From an uncultured Bdellovibrio sp. (GTDB lineage: Bacteria; Bdellovibrionota; Bdellovibrionia; Bdellovibrionales; Bdellovibrionaceae), in the NCBI GenBank assembly GCA_963932905.1, contig CAWVRN010000001.1, positions 416,001 through 480,000 on the forward strand: 64,000 nt of DNA, written 5' to 3'. Position numbers and translations under genes: made by a program. The notes below the pieces were generated by a model. The model did no database searches. It was not told the origin of the DNA and was given only the letters and a program-made list of their open reading frames with translations. Positions within the stretch are counted from its first letter, which is position 1. Each line of letters opens with the position of its first letter. Positions 19,991-30,652 of this stretch are shown in pieces.

Positions 19991-22900
19991 AAAATATAAT
20001 TTCATTTATTTTTTGCTTTCCTTTGCTGTTTTCCATTAGTTGTACTCAAAACGATTCAAAAGTTGATGACTCATTTCTTGGTGGAGTGGCACTGTCTACG
20101 TCACGATCCCTAATTTCGGCAAGTAAACGAAATGTGATCAGCGGTGGCTCGATTTTGGTATCCTTGTCGTTGATGGACCAATATGGAAATTCATTTCATG
20201 TTCCCAATAGCAAACCAAATGTCGTTTTTTTAGTTACAGGTGGGACTAGTTCAGGCACATTTGGTTCAGTTACTAATTTAGAGAATGGAACTTTCAATTC
20301 TACTTTCACTGCGACGACCGCGGGAACAGAATCGAAAATTGTAGCGACTGTAGATGGAGTTGTTGTCGGTTCAACGGTTAGTATTCAGGTTGTACCTGGA
20401 ACCTATTCATTAGCGAATTCGTATGTTTCTGTTTCGTCATCAACGGTCAGTGCAGGTTCTGTTTCCACCGTAACTTTGCATATTCTTGATAGTGCAAATG
20501 GAGTGGTGACCGACGCAACAGGATTTCCAGTGGTGTTTACCTTATCGGGTGGCACCAGCTCCGGAACATTTTCAAGTGTTACCGATAACGGGAACGGAAC
20601 ATACACCGCGACGTTTACGGGAACGATAGCGGGTACTTCCGCCAATATCAGTGCAAGCATTTCAGGACAAAATATTACTAGCACATTGCCATCAATTTCT
20701 GTTTTTAATGGGCCAGCGTCTCAGGTGGTATTCTCTACTCAACCGGTAGGATCGGTTTTAGTGGGGACTTCATTGACAGCCCAGCCAGTTGTAACGATCA
20801 AAGATTTTTATGGAAATACAGTTACAACAGGAGCCGATGCAACTGCTAATGTGACTCTGGCGTTGACAGCCGGTACTGGAGCTTTAACAGGAACACTGGT
20901 CCGCGCAGCTGTGGGCGGTGTCGCCACCTTCACAGGAGTTGCCGCGAGCACGCAGGGTACGGGTAAAGTTATAACGGCTACCAAAGCTTCGACAGTTGGG
21001 TCCGGCGGAACGGCGGCATTGTCAGTGGCATCTAATAGTTTTTCTGTTTTCGCCAATTTCACAATGCTTGTGCCCTATACAGCAGGCACCGAATCTAGCT
21101 ATGTATTAAGTGATAGCACGCGTATCAGTTTAGCTAGCGGCGTGGTTCGCCTTACTCCTGCGGATCAAACGGATAGCGCAAATAACACGGGCGCAACAAG
21201 TGGCGGCTTTAAAAGTGGGACATTTACCGCGACTCAGTGGGATAGTACTAACAGTTATTTACGTTTAAATAGTTCAAATAACCAATCAGAATTAGATAGT
21301 AGCTGGGCTCCGCAGTGGGGCAGCATACTGGCTTATTGGAAAATGGAAAATAATTGGAATGATTCTGTTGGAGCATTTAGTGGTACAGGCAACAATGGAG
21401 TCACCTTTTCTTCTTCATTGTACAAAGTGGGATCCTATTCTGGAAAGTTTGATACCGCTTCAACGGATGACTATGTAGTTATTGCAGATCCAGGAACGGG
21501 AAGTTTACTTGATTTTGGATTTAATGATGAAATTGCTATGTCGGTATGGTTAAAAAATGGGGTCGCGGGTAACGATACGACTTATCGATATATAGTAGGA
21601 AAAGGTCGAACAGCCGCGAACTCGACAGATCAAAATTGGGGTATTAGAACCTTTTCTTCAGCAGCTGGACTTTACGGAATTTCTTTTGTCTATAGAAATT
21701 CAACGGATACGGCTTGGCATCGCTGGGAATCTGGGTCTGTTATTCCGATAGCGGGATGGCATCATGTGGTCGTTTCTTTCAAATTTGGCACGGGCAGTTC
21801 TATGAAAGTTTATGTCGATGGAAATGCTATCGCGGGAGCATGGACTTTGGGAGCCGGTGACGAATCTCCTTTGCAGAATAATGCGTCAGTTTGGATTGGA
21901 AATTCTATGGATTTGACTTTGCAATATACAGGTCAGATGGACGAGCTCGTGCTGTGGAGAAAAGCACTAACACAAACGGAAGCCAAAGCGATTTACTCAC
22001 GGCAGGTCACAAAATATTCTGGGCAATTTACATCTCGTGTACTAGATGCAATGAGTTCGCAGTCTTGGACCACGTTGACAGCGATTACGACACTTCCATT
22101 TTTCAAAGAAATTCTAGGTACATCGGGAAATGAAACTTCTTCAGAATATTCTTCGATAGTGGGATCTACCGGATCCACAAGTGATACGAATGCATTGTCT
22201 AACATCGTCGGTGTTTGGCATTTTGATGGCACAGAGGGGGCTATTACGGATGACGCTGTCGTCGTCGATTCTGCGACATCGGGAACTTCTGGCGCTGCCA
22301 AAGATGCGGATGCAACTAATACGATTCAGTATCAGACTGGAATTTTTGGTGAAGGGATTTCATTTGATGGCGTTAATGATTTTGTGACTGTTCCTAATAC
22401 GGCACTGAAATACAATTTCACGGATCAGTCTTTTACTGTTTCAGCTTGGTTTAAAACAAGTACTACGACATTAAGTTTTTTAGTCGGTCACGAATCACTT
22501 ATCAGCGGGTGGGGTATCGGTGTAACCGCTACGGGCGCATTGATTGCCGTAATTAAAAATTCATCCGCAACATCCGCAGCTGATTTTACGACATCGTCGA
22601 CGTTCAATGATGGAAACTGGCACCATGTAGTGGGTGTATTCACGACATCGACTGCGACTCAGACCGGTAATTCAGTGGTATTGTATGTAGATGGTGCTTT
22701 AGCCTCTGGAGCGGCGGGTTTTATTTCCGGTACTGTTTATAATCCGCCAAGTACTTCTCACCCCTTAACATTTGCGGCTCGTGGTACGGGAACTACTTCA
22801 CCTTTTAAAGGTAATTTAGATGAAGTGGCTATCTGGTCACGGGCTCTAAGCGCTGGTGAAGCCACTCAACTATTTCGTCGCGGATCCAACCGAGTGAAAT

Positions 22901-23586
22901 ATCAAATTCGGTCGTGTTCAGCCGCCGATTGTTCCGATCAAGAGAGTCTGACAGCGAACTATCGTGGTTGGAAAGGTCCAGATAATACCGGCGCAACTTA
23001 TTTCTCAGAGTTATACAATACGACAAATAATATACAGTTCGGCGTTCCTTCAGCCAACGCGCCGTTGATGACGTTCAGTAATTTTGCAGGTTCGGGTTTA
23101 GCTGTGACGACGAATAGGTATTTTCAGTATCGACTTTATTTGGAAAGCAATGATCCAGGAAACCTATGTAATTATGGTTCCGGTGCTGTTCCATGTTCGC
23201 CAGAAGTAAAATCTATTACTATTGGACCCAACCATTTCGACACAACCATACAGTCAATTATTTCAAATGCGGGCCTCGGTGTGGCTTACCAGACGTTTAC
23301 TGCAAGCGGTGTTACGGAAATACTTGGTTCGAATTCATGTAGTAGCGGTATTCGCTATGCCTTGAGTTCTGACGGAACTAATTTTTATTATTGGAATAAC
23401 ACTTCATGGGTGGCTTCATCGAGTTATTCGACTGCAAATGACATCGCTACATTGAACGCAAATATTGTGACCTTTTCGTCTTCGCCTGCGGGTTTGGGAA
23501 CACTGCAAGTGAAAGCCTATCTGAAATCTAGTGGTACTTCGCCCTGCGAACTAGATAGTATTCAATTCACTGGAACAAGTTATTAA
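19987..23586 (+). CDS. Large surface lipoprotein with invasin-like Ig (Big) repeats and two LamG/concanavalin-like domains
   Basis: Lipobox FSISC. Two repeats of GTFxSVTxxxNGTxxxTFT. LamG motifs (AYWKME, WHHVV, VYVDG, GxxDE(L/V)xxW) occur twice. S/T/G-rich. ATGA overlap with the upstream gene. Confidence 0.85.
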   Translation: MKNIISFIFCFPLLFSISCTQNDSKVDDSFLGGVALSTSRSLISASKRNVISGGSILVSLSLMDQYGNSFHVPNSKPNVVFLVTGGTSSGTFGSVTNLENGTFNSTFTATTAGTESKIVATVDGVVVGSTVSIQVVPGTYSLANSYVSVSSSTVSAGSVSTVTLHILDSANGVVTDATGFPVVFTLSGGTSSGTFSSVTDNGNGTYTATFTGTIAGTSANISASISGQNITSTLPSISVFNGPASQVVFSTQPVGSVLVGTSLTAQPVVTIKDFYGNTVTTGADATANVTLALTAGTGALTGTLVRAAVGGVATFTGVAASTQGTGKVITATKASTVGSGGTAALSVASNSFSVFANFTMLVPYTAGTESSYVLSDSTRISLASGVVRLTPADQTDSANNTGATSGGFKSGTFTATQWDSTNSYLRLNSSNNQSELDSSWAPQWGSILAYWKMENNWNDSVGAFSGTGNNGVTFSSSLYKVGSYSGKFDTASTDDYVVIADPGTGSLLDFGFNDEIAMSVWLKNGVAGNDTTYRYIVGKGRTAANSTDQNWGIRTFSSAAGLYGISFVYRNSTDTAWHRWESGSVIPIAGWHHVVVSFKFGTGSSMKVYVDGNAIAGAWTLGAGDESPLQNNASVWIGNSMDLTLQYTGQMDELVLWRKALTQTEAKAIYSRQVTKYSGQFTSRVLDAMSSQSWTTLTAITTLPFFKEILGTSGNETSSEYSSIVGSTGSTSDTNALSNIVGVWHFDGTEGAITDDAVVVDSATSGTSGAAKDADATNTIQYQTGIFGEGISFDGVNDFVTVPNTALKYNFTDQSFTVSAWFKTSTTTLSFLVGHESLISGWGIGVTATGALIAVIKNSSATSAADFTTSSTFNDGNWHHVVGVFTTSTATQTGNSVVLYVDGALASGAAGFISGTVYNPPSTSHPLTFAARGTGTTSPFKGNLDEVAIWSRALSAGEATQLFRRGSNRVKYQIRSCSAADCSDQESLTANYRGWKGPDNTGATYFSELYNTTNNIQFGVPSANAPLMTFSNFAGSGLAVTTNRYFQYRLYLESNDPGNLCNYGSGAVPCSPEVKSITIGPNHFDTTIQSIISNAGLGVAYQTFTASGVTEILGSNSCSSGIRYALSSDGTNFYYWNNTSWVASSSYSTANDIATLNANIVTFSSSPAGLGTLQVKAYLKSSGTSPCELDSIQFTGTSY

Positions 23587-23659
23587 GTGTCTATTTGTTT
23601 GATGTTTTTAGTGTGAAATACGTCTCAGAATAGAACAAATAGGTATCCGTTTTAGTGAT

Positions 23660-23686
23660 TAAGCTTATCTTTAAAAAAACCGATAT
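23660..23686 (+). promoter_or_regulatory. Putative sigma28 (FliA) promoter
   Basis: TAAG-N16-CCGATAT; the CCGA starts 13 nt before the ATG at 23693. Confidence 0.6.
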
Positions 23687-23692
23687 TAGGGT

Positions 23693-24394
23693 ATGAAAGA
23701 TAATCGCCTTTTGTTGTTAGGCTTATTGGAAGTGATGGAAAACGCGGTTGCAGAAAATAACCGTGATGTTTTCTTCAATAAGTTTTACCAAATTAGAAAT
23801 ATGCGTGCCGAATCTGCATCACCTGAACTGGTGAATGCGTTTAAGCGTTTGCTTTTGAAAGCAATTGGTGAATTCAATAGGAATAATTCATATAATACGA
23901 TAGTTTCATCGATCATTTCTTTAAGTTATGGATTAATTCCCACAGATAAACTGGATGCTGAATTGCTTAAAACTCTGAACGAGTGTGTCGATCTTCCAGA
24001 TACACGTATTAAAGCTAACGCTTTAACAGCAGTATCAGAATTTGATCCATATTCGGAACTGTTCAAAGAACATATTAATTCCAAATTTAATCGTATTGCT
24101 GCTGAAGCTCTGATTGCCGAAGGTAAAAAGGGATTAAGTGCTAAAATTTTTGATAAACTAAAAGAATTTTTTAATTCGTCTAATCCGTTTTTTGTGGCAT
24201 CCGGCATTTACGTCGTTGGCCAGTTGATGGATTTTTATCGCGATTCATTCTCTAGATCGAATAACATGTTCCAATCAGATTTTGATTTTTTTGTGAAAAA
24301 AATCGCTGTGTTTTCCAATCACCCACACGAAATGGTAAGAAAACGAGCTTTGCAAACAAAAAAATTAATCGATAATGATAAAAAATCAGCATAG
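23693..24394 (+). CDS. HEAT/ARM-repeat-like hypothetical protein
   Basis: All-helical with HEAT-like units (DTRIKANAL, NPFFVASG, HEMVRKRA). Confidence 0.6.
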   Translation: MKDNRLLLLGLLEVMENAVAENNRDVFFNKFYQIRNMRAESASPELVNAFKRLLLKAIGEFNRNNSYNTIVSSIISLSYGLIPTDKLDAELLKTLNECVDLPDTRIKANALTAVSEFDPYSELFKEHINSKFNRIAAEALIAEGKKGLSAKIFDKLKEFFNSSNPFFVASGIYVVGQLMDFYRDSFSRSNNMFQSDFDFFVKKIAVFSNHPHEMVRKRALQTKKLIDNDKKSA

Positions 24395-24520
24395 CTGCCG
24401 ATGAATATCAAATATTCAATTTTGACGAGCTAAATTCTAAGGTCAAATGTAACGGTGAGCGTGAAATCCAGTTTGTAGAACATAGACTTTCCTTTTATTT
24501 TCATTTATCTTAATAAGACT

Positions 24521-25093
24521 ATGAATTGGATAGTTATAATGGACCAAAGTCTTTTTACTTGGATCAACTCAGGCATGACGAATGCGTTTTTCGACATGTT
24601 TTTTCCATTAATTACTGACCTTCATAAAACGAAATATTTTGGATTAATCGTTATTCCGCTATGCTGTTTTTTACTATACAAAAAGTATTCAAAAAAAGGA
24701 TTTTTAATTTTCCTATTTTGTTTACTAAGCCTCGGAACCATCGATTTGGTTGGTAATCACGGTTTTAAAAAACCGTTTGAAAGGATGCGACCTTTTGAAA
24801 ATTCAAATCATGTAACTATCCAAAGGTCACCCGCAGCCGGTTTTAGTTTTGTTTCTAATCATTCGGCAAATATGTTTGGATTCGCGCTGTTTATGGGATT
24901 TTTCCTTCCGGTATTTAGAAAATTGTTTTTTACGATAGCTTTTTTGGTCGCCTATAGCCGAGTCTACAATGGGGTACATTATCCGTCTGACGTCGTTGTC
25001 GGCGCATTGGTGGGTAGTATTATATCTTTTGTCTTTATTAAACTGTATTTGCGATTTTTTGATCGTAGTAAAAAAGAAGTTGCCACTGTATGA
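24521..25093 (+). CDS. PAP2-family membrane phosphatase
   Basis: KxxxxxxRP, SFVSNHS and SRVYNGVHYPSD motifs. Confidence 0.92.
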   Translation: MNWIVIMDQSLFTWINSGMTNAFFDMFFPLITDLHKTKYFGLIVIPLCCFLLYKKYSKKGFLIFLFCLLSLGTIDLVGNHGFKKPFERMRPFENSNHVTIQRSPAAGFSFVSNHSANMFGFALFMGFFLPVFRKLFFTIAFLVAYSRVYNGVHYPSDVVVGALVGSIISFVFIKLYLRFFDRSKKEVATV

Positions 25094-26082
25094 GAGCGTT
25101 AGTGACAGGTGGAAATGGTTTTTTGGGCGCTCATCTTATTGAGAAACTCTTAGTTGAAGGCTTAGAAGTTACAGCATTCATTCGTAAAAGCAGTCTCCTG
25201 ACAGAACTGAAATCGCCTGAACGAGTAGAATTTGTCTATGGTGATATCACAGACAAAGTGTCGTTAATTGAAGCCTTTCGTTCTTCCAAGCCAGACGTTG
25301 TTTTTCATTTAGCTGGTTATATCGGCTATAAAAAATCTGAACGACCTATGATGGATGCAATTAATGTTCAAGGCACAAAAAACGTTGTCGACGCCATGAA
25401 CGAGTGTAAGATTCCAAAATTAGTACACATGTCATCAGTAGTTGCAGTAGGGGCGGGATATCGTCCAACTGAAATTCTGGATGAAAATTCTAAATTTAAT
25501 TTATCGCCTTTGAACCTAGGGTATTTTGAAACTAAACGAAAGGCAGAAGAGTTAGTTGTTCAGGCAACTAAAGACGGCGTGATTAAAAGCGTGATACTTA
25601 ATCCATCGACCATTTACGGGCCGGCGGATGCAAAAAAGGGTAGTCGAAAGACGCAACTAAAAGTAGCTCAAGGTAAATTTAAATTTTACACATCAGGCGG
25701 AGTCAGTGTCGTAAGTGTTGAAGACGTAATCGAAGGTATCTTTCGCGGTTATAAATCGGGTCGCAATGGAGAACGCTATATTTTATCCGGTGAAAATATT
25801 CTGATCAAAGAATTATTTGAAAAGATAGCTGGATTTGCAGGAGTCCCTGCGCCGACCATCTATTTGCCAAACGTCGCATTGCATATGATTGGTAAAGCTG
25901 GTGATTTGTTAACTAGTTTAGGGAAGCCGGTTTCATTAAGTCAGGAAAACGCATGGACGGCGACTCTTTTCCATTGGTTCAAAAATGACAAAGCAAGAAA
26001 CGAATTGGGAATGAATTTCAAACCTGCGGATTACAGTATCAAGCAAAGTGTAGATTGGATGCGAGAGAATAAGTTAATATGA
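25090..26082 (+). CDS. NAD-dependent epimerase/dehydratase (extended SDR, dihydroflavonol-reductase/HpnA-like)
   Basis: TGGNGFLG, HLAG, YFETK catalytic YxxxK. Confidence 0.9.
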   Translation: MRALVTGGNGFLGAHLIEKLLVEGLEVTAFIRKSSLLTELKSPERVEFVYGDITDKVSLIEAFRSSKPDVVFHLAGYIGYKKSERPMMDAINVQGTKNVVDAMNECKIPKLVHMSSVVAVGAGYRPTEILDENSKFNLSPLNLGYFETKRKAEELVVQATKDGVIKSVILNPSTIYGPADAKKGSRKTQLKVAQGKFKFYTSGGVSVVSVEDVIEGIFRGYKSGRNGERYILSGENILIKELFEKIAGFAGVPAPTIYLPNVALHMIGKAGDLLTSLGKPVSLSQENAWTATLFHWFKNDKARNELGMNFKPADYSIKQSVDWMRENKLI

Positions 26083-26969
26083 AGTCGACAAAAATTATCC
26101 TTATCGCTTTTTCATTGATATTTTTTTTGTTTTTGGGTTTTGCGATCCGAGTTTATCTGCTGATCCCAGATCGCAAAGACTTGATGTCTTGCTTTACGAC
26201 TAAGATGTACGAAGTAAAACTTTGTCCTGGCAGTAAAAACTATGTACCACTGAATCAGATTTCAAAAGTTTTGCAGAAAACAGTAATCTTGACAGAAGAT
26301 TCGTCGTTTTACACACACAAAGGTTTTGACTGGGAATCCATTGAAAAATCGGCGAAGGAAAATTTAGACGGCGGTAAATACAAACGTGGCGGATCGACCA
26401 TCAGTCAGCAGTTGGCAAAAAATTTATACTTAACTAAAGATAAAACGTTAATTCGTAAATTGACCGAAGCGTTCATTACTTTGCAAATCGAAAAGCATTT
26501 AACAAAAAACGAAATCCTCGAAAAATATTTAAACGTGGTAGAGTTCGGGAAAGATATCTATGGTGTTAAGGCAGCGGCTATGCACTATTTCAAGAAATCC
26601 CCGGCGCAATTGGATGTGGTGGAAAGTGCGTTCTTAGCGATGTTGCTGCCAAGTCCAAAAAAATATTCGCGATCGTTTTACACAAAGAAGCTGACCCCGT
26701 TTGTGTTTAATCGAATCCGACGCATCGTCAGTGATATGTATCAGTACAATCGTATTACTGAAGAACAATACATGGCAGCCAAATACAAACTCAGGACTTT
26801 CTACAGCACTCCCGATCAGATATCAGAGATTGATTCTATGGACGAGCAGGACAATGCTAACGCGCCAGTAGAAGAGGACGGCAGCGGCGATGATTCGGCG
26901 GATAACAGCGATCAATCAGATCCCGAATCGGACGGTTCACCCTCAGGTGATGTTCAATTCGATAACTAA
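26079..26969 (+). CDS. mtgA: Monofunctional peptidoglycan glycosyltransferase with an acidic tail
   Basis: TEDSSFYTHKG, RGGSTISQQLAKN, RKLTE, YLNVVEFG; no transpeptidase domain. Confidence 0.88.
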   Translation: MKSTKIILIAFSLIFFLFLGFAIRVYLLIPDRKDLMSCFTTKMYEVKLCPGSKNYVPLNQISKVLQKTVILTEDSSFYTHKGFDWESIEKSAKENLDGGKYKRGGSTISQQLAKNLYLTKDKTLIRKLTEAFITLQIEKHLTKNEILEKYLNVVEFGKDIYGVKAAAMHYFKKSPAQLDVVESAFLAMLLPSPKKYSRSFYTKKLTPFVFNRIRRIVSDMYQYNRITEEQYMAAKYKLRTFYSTPDQISEIDSMDEQDNANAPVEEDGSGDDSADNSDQSDPESDGSPSGDVQFDN

Positions 26970-26970
26970 T

Positions 26971-27759
26971 TTAGGTAACTAGCTTTTTAGTGATTCTGTG
27001 AAGCGCTACTATAAAGAATATATAGGCTAGAACCAACAAATAAAGAAAGTGAAGGTATCCCCACCAATGCCAATCATCGTTCAAAAGCATTCGGCATAAC
27101 TCAATCGTATGAGCCAAAGGGAAAAGATAAGTCGTAATTTGCAAAATCATTGGCATTTGGCTGATAGGAAAATATATTCCAGAGATCAAAGTCAGCGGAA
27201 TCAGAAAGCCGCTGGTTGCATAGATAAATGAATCGTAGTTTTTTGCAATGGAAGTAATCGTCATGGCGATACCGGCAAAAATCCAACTATTCAAAGTTAA
27301 TAGTAATACGACCAAAATAATTTGCCATTCAGAAACTAAGCCGAAAAAACTTCCAATAACAACAAGGCCCACAATCCCAAAAAATCCTTTAAACGTCGAC
27401 CAGAGCAATTCGCCCGTCACGATTTCGTGCGAATCAAGACGCGTCAGCATCATGTGGTTGTATATTTTCTGAAACGTAAGCTTCGTATAGTTATTATAGG
27501 TGCTCTCAAAGAATGGAACCATCATTGACGTAGAGGCAAGTAAACCCGGGAAGAAAAAATCCACGTAACTTTGTCCATTGATTGTTTGAATATAAGAGCC
27601 AAGCCCATAGCCAATAGCGCCTAGATACATCAGCGGTTCCAAAATAACCCAGAAGAAACTCACCAGAAAAGTTTTCTTAAAGTGCAAAAAATTACGTAGC
27701 CATATATTTTTATAGCCTTCGCGAATTTTAGGTAATTTCAAATAAGCTAAATCAAACAT
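26971..27759 (-). CDS. ABC-2 exporter permease, NodJ-like
   Basis: Multi-pass membrane protein with LEPLMYL, FFPGLLA and SGIYFPI motifs; overlaps the ATPase gene. Confidence 0.85.
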   Translation of the reverse strand: MFDLAYLKLPKIREGYKNIWLRNFLHFKKTFLVSFFWVILEPLMYLGAIGYGLGSYIQTINGQSYVDFFFPGLLASTSMMVPFFESTYNNYTKLTFQKIYNHMMLTRLDSHEIVTGELLWSTFKGFFGIVGLVVIGSFFGLVSEWQIILVVLLLTLNSWIFAGIAMTITSIAKNYDSFIYATSGFLIPLTLISGIYFPISQMPMILQITTYLFPLAHTIELCRMLLNDDWHWWGYLHFLYLLVLAYIFFIVALHRITKKLVT

Positions 27760-28678
27760 CTCGTAAATTGTATCCTGCTAGTTTTAAAAAGACGTCGTTT
27801 AAAGTTGGCCTTCTAAGTGTTACTTTTTCACTTTTTATAATTTCAAGAAGTAAGCGCGAATTCTGATCTGGTTTGATAAAAACCAAAACCATGTTGTGGT
27901 ACACTTGATATTCAAACTTATTTTCTTTTAGTCGATTGATGTAATAATTTAAATCGACGGAATTAGAATGAAATTCAACGACTTCTTCGCCGATATGATT
28001 TTTAATCAACGTCGCCGGATAGTCGATAGCTAATATTTTCCCATGATCGATAACTGCGACCCGGTCGCATAGCTCTTCGGCTTCTTCGATATAGTGGGTA
28101 GTCATCAAGATTGTGCCAGCCATTTCTTTCATTTGCTTAACAAAGTTCCATAACCACAAGCGTGATTGTGGATCCAAACCAGTCGTGGGCTCATCAAGGA
28201 ACAGCAAATCAGGGCTGTGAATTAATGCCCGCGCGATACATAAACGTCGCTGAGTCCCGCCACTTAGTTGGCTGATTTGATGATTAGCAAATTCTTCTAA
28301 TTTAAATAAACGTAGCAGATGGAAAATCTTCTCATTGACGGTCGAAGGTTCCATTTGTTGATAGCGAGCAAATAATTTCAAATTTTCTAAAAGTGTGAAA
28401 TCTTCATCCAGCATGTTGTCCTGTGGGACAACACCGATTTTAGATTTAATTTCACGGAAGTTGGTTTTAACGTTCAGGCCCAGAATATACAATTCGCCTT
28501 CAGTTAACAGAGATTGGCAATACATCAGCTTCATCAGCGTCGATTTGCCAGCACCATTAGGCCCCAGCAGTCCAAAGCATTCGCCCTTTTTAATATCAAA
28601 GCTAACACCGTCTAACGCAACAAAGTCGGAATATTTCTTAACGACATTTTTAGCTTCGATAGCAGTATCTAAACTCAT
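27752..28678 (-). CDS. ABC exporter ATP-binding subunit, NodI-like
   Basis: GPNGAGKS, LSGG, LDEPTTGLD. Start placed at ATG 28678 (GGAG RBS) because the longer ORF reads through the palindrome. Confidence 0.9.
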   Translation of the reverse strand: MSLDTAIEAKNVVKKYSDFVALDGVSFDIKKGECFGLLGPNGAGKSTLMKLMYCQSLLTEGELYILGLNVKTNFREIKSKIGVVPQDNMLDEDFTLLENLKLFARYQQMEPSTVNEKIFHLLRLFKLEEFANHQISQLSGGTQRRLCIARALIHSPDLLFLDEPTTGLDPQSRLWLWNFVKQMKEMAGTILMTTHYIEEAEELCDRVAVIDHGKILAIDYPATLIKNHIGEEVVEFHSNSVDLNYYINRLKENKFEYQVYHNMVLVFIKPDQNSRLLLEIIKSEKVTLRRPTLNDVFLKLAGYNLRDV

Positions 28679-28686
28679 AAAACTCC

Positions 28687-28766
28687 AGAGGGTACCTCCT
28701 AACATTCTGGTACCCACCGCATCATATATGACACGATGGGTACCAGAATGTTAGGAGGTACCCTCT
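28687..28766. repeat. REP/REPIN-like palindrome, copy 1 (30-bp perfect arms, 20-nt spacer)
   Basis: AGAGGGTACCTCCTAACATTCTGGTACCCA (28687-28716) and its exact reverse complement (28737-28766). Confidence 0.9.
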
Positions 28767-28799
28767 CTAGTTTCTAGTTATTTGAATTTAGATTCAAGA

Positions 28800-30611
28800 C
28801 TATTCTTTGTCAGCTTTACCACGTTTGTGTGGGTCTAGTTCGCGGCAACGGATGCGAATGTGTTTCGGAGTGACTTCGATTAACTCGTCGTCCGTGATCC
28901 ATTCCATTGCTTTTTCCAAAGTTACGGGACGAACTGGGACTAGGCGAATCGCCTCGTCAGAACCAGAGGCACGAACGTTTGTTAATTTTTTCTCGCGAGT
29001 GATGTTAACAACTAAGTTGTTTTCCTTAGCATGCTCACCAACGATCATACCTTCGTAAACTTGAGTTTGCGGAGTCACGATCATCACACCACGTTCTTGT
29101 AAATTCCAGATTGCATACGCCGTAGTCACACCACCGCGGTCAGAAATCATAGAACCATTTTTACGAGAAATAATATCACCTTTGTACGGTTCCCAGCCTT
29201 CAAATTGAGTATTCAATAAACCAGTACCGCGAGTGTCAGTTAAGAATTCAGAACGGTAACCGATCAAACCACGAGACGGGATTTTGAATTCAAGACGTGT
29301 ACGACCAGATCCTTTTTGGACCATGTTCATCATCACACCTTTACGAGTTCCCATTTTCTCTGTCACAACGCCAACGTAAGCATCTTCAACGTCGATAACT
29401 GCAGACTCCATTGGTTCTAGTTTAGTAGCGCCATCTTGTTTGAAGATAACTTGAGGCTTTGATACGCAAAGTTCGTAACCTTCACGACGCATTTGTTCGA
29501 TCAATACGCCAAGTTGTAATTCACCACGACCCACAACTTTGAATGAATCGGTGTTTTCAGTTTTTTCTACACGGATCGCAACGTTGTGAAGAAGTTCTTT
29601 TTCTAAACGCTCAAGGATTTTACGCGAGGTCACGCTCTTACCATCTTGACCCGCGAAAGGACCATTGTTTACAGAGAAGATCATTCCCACAGTCGGTTCT
29701 TCAACCGCGATACGTGGAAGTGGCTTAGGATCTGCCGCTGATGTAATGGTGTCACCAATAGTGAAATCTTCCATACCAGCAACGATCGCGATATCACCGG
29801 CACCGATTTCATTTACTGGAACCTGGCTATTTACGTGATAGCTGAATAAGGCAGATACTTTTAATTTCTTCTGACCTTTTTCTTGAACTACGACAACTTC
29901 GTCATTCACTTTGATTGTACCGGCACGAACACGGCCGATAGCTAAACGACCTACGTAATCATTGTATGAAATGTTTGATACCATAATTTGTAGAGAGTTA
30001 CCTTCGTTGATTTTCGGAGGAGGAACTAGATTGATGATCGCATCGTATAGGCAGATTAAGTTATCTGTTTTAACGTTAGGATCCAGAGTTGCCATACCTT
30101 CACGCGCGATTGCGTAGACAGTGTGGAAATCACATTGTTCTTCAGTGGCGTCTAAGTCGATGAATAAATCGAATACTTCATTCAATACTTCTTGAATACG
30201 AGCATCGGAACGATCGATCTTGTTGATACAAACCATAACTTTAATATTTTGCTCAAGTGCTTTTTTCAAAACGAAACGAGTTTGTGGAAGTGGACCTTCA
30301 GATGCGTCGACAAGCAAGATAGCGCCGTCAACCATGTTCAAGATACGTTCAACTTCACCACCAAAGTCACTATGTCCCGGTGTATCTACGATGTTGATTT
30401 TGTAGTCTTTGTATTGGAAAGACGCGTTCTTCGCCGCGATCGTGATACCACGCTCTTTCTCTAGATCCATCGAATCCATCAAGCGTTCAGCCACTTGTTG
30501 GTTTTCACGGAATGTTCCGGCTTGCTTGATCAAGTGATCCACAAGAGTTGTTTTACCATGGTCGACGTGCGCGATAATGGCGATATTTCTAATATGTTTG
30601 TTGTCTATCAT
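28800..30611 (-). CDS. typA: Translational GTPase TypA/BipA
   Basis: [58 protein letters not shown]. Confidence 0.97.
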   Translation of the reverse strand: MIDNKHIRNIAIIAHVDHGKTTLVDHLIKQAGTFRENQQVAERLMDSMDLEKERGITIAAKNASFQYKDYKINIVDTPGHSDFGGEVERILNMVDGAILLVDASEGPLPQTRFVLKKALEQNIKVMVCINKIDRSDARIQEVLNEVFDLFIDLDATEEQCDFHTVYAIAREGMATLDPNVKTDNLICLYDAIINLVPPPKINEGNSLQIMVSNISYNDYVGRLAIGRVRAGTIKVNDEVVVVQEKGQKKLKVSALFSYHVNSQVPVNEIGAGDIAIVAGMEDFTIGDTITSAADPKPLPRIAVEEPTVGMIFSVNNGPFAGQDGKSVTSRKILERLEKELLHNVAIRVEKTENTDSFKVVGRGELQLGVLIEQMRREGYELCVSKPQVIFKQDGATKLEPMESAVIDVEDAYVGVVTEKMGTRKGVMMNMVQKGSGRTRLEFKIPSRGLIGYRSEFLTDTRGTGLLNTQFEGWEPYKGDIISRKNGSMISDRGGVTTAYAIWNLQERGVMIVTPQTQVYEGMIVGEHAKENNLVVNITREKKLTNVRASGSDEAIRLVPVRPVTLEKAMEWITDDELIEVTPKHIRIRCRELDPHKRGKADKE

Positions 30612-30652
30612 CTGTACTTCCTATTTGTCGTTTAAACGTTAAATAAAATTTT

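Noticed and set aside
28679..28754. N-terminal extension of the ABC ATPase to 28717 and the antisense ORF 28395-28754
   Set aside because: Both arise from reading through the palindrome; a better ATG with RBS is at 28678.
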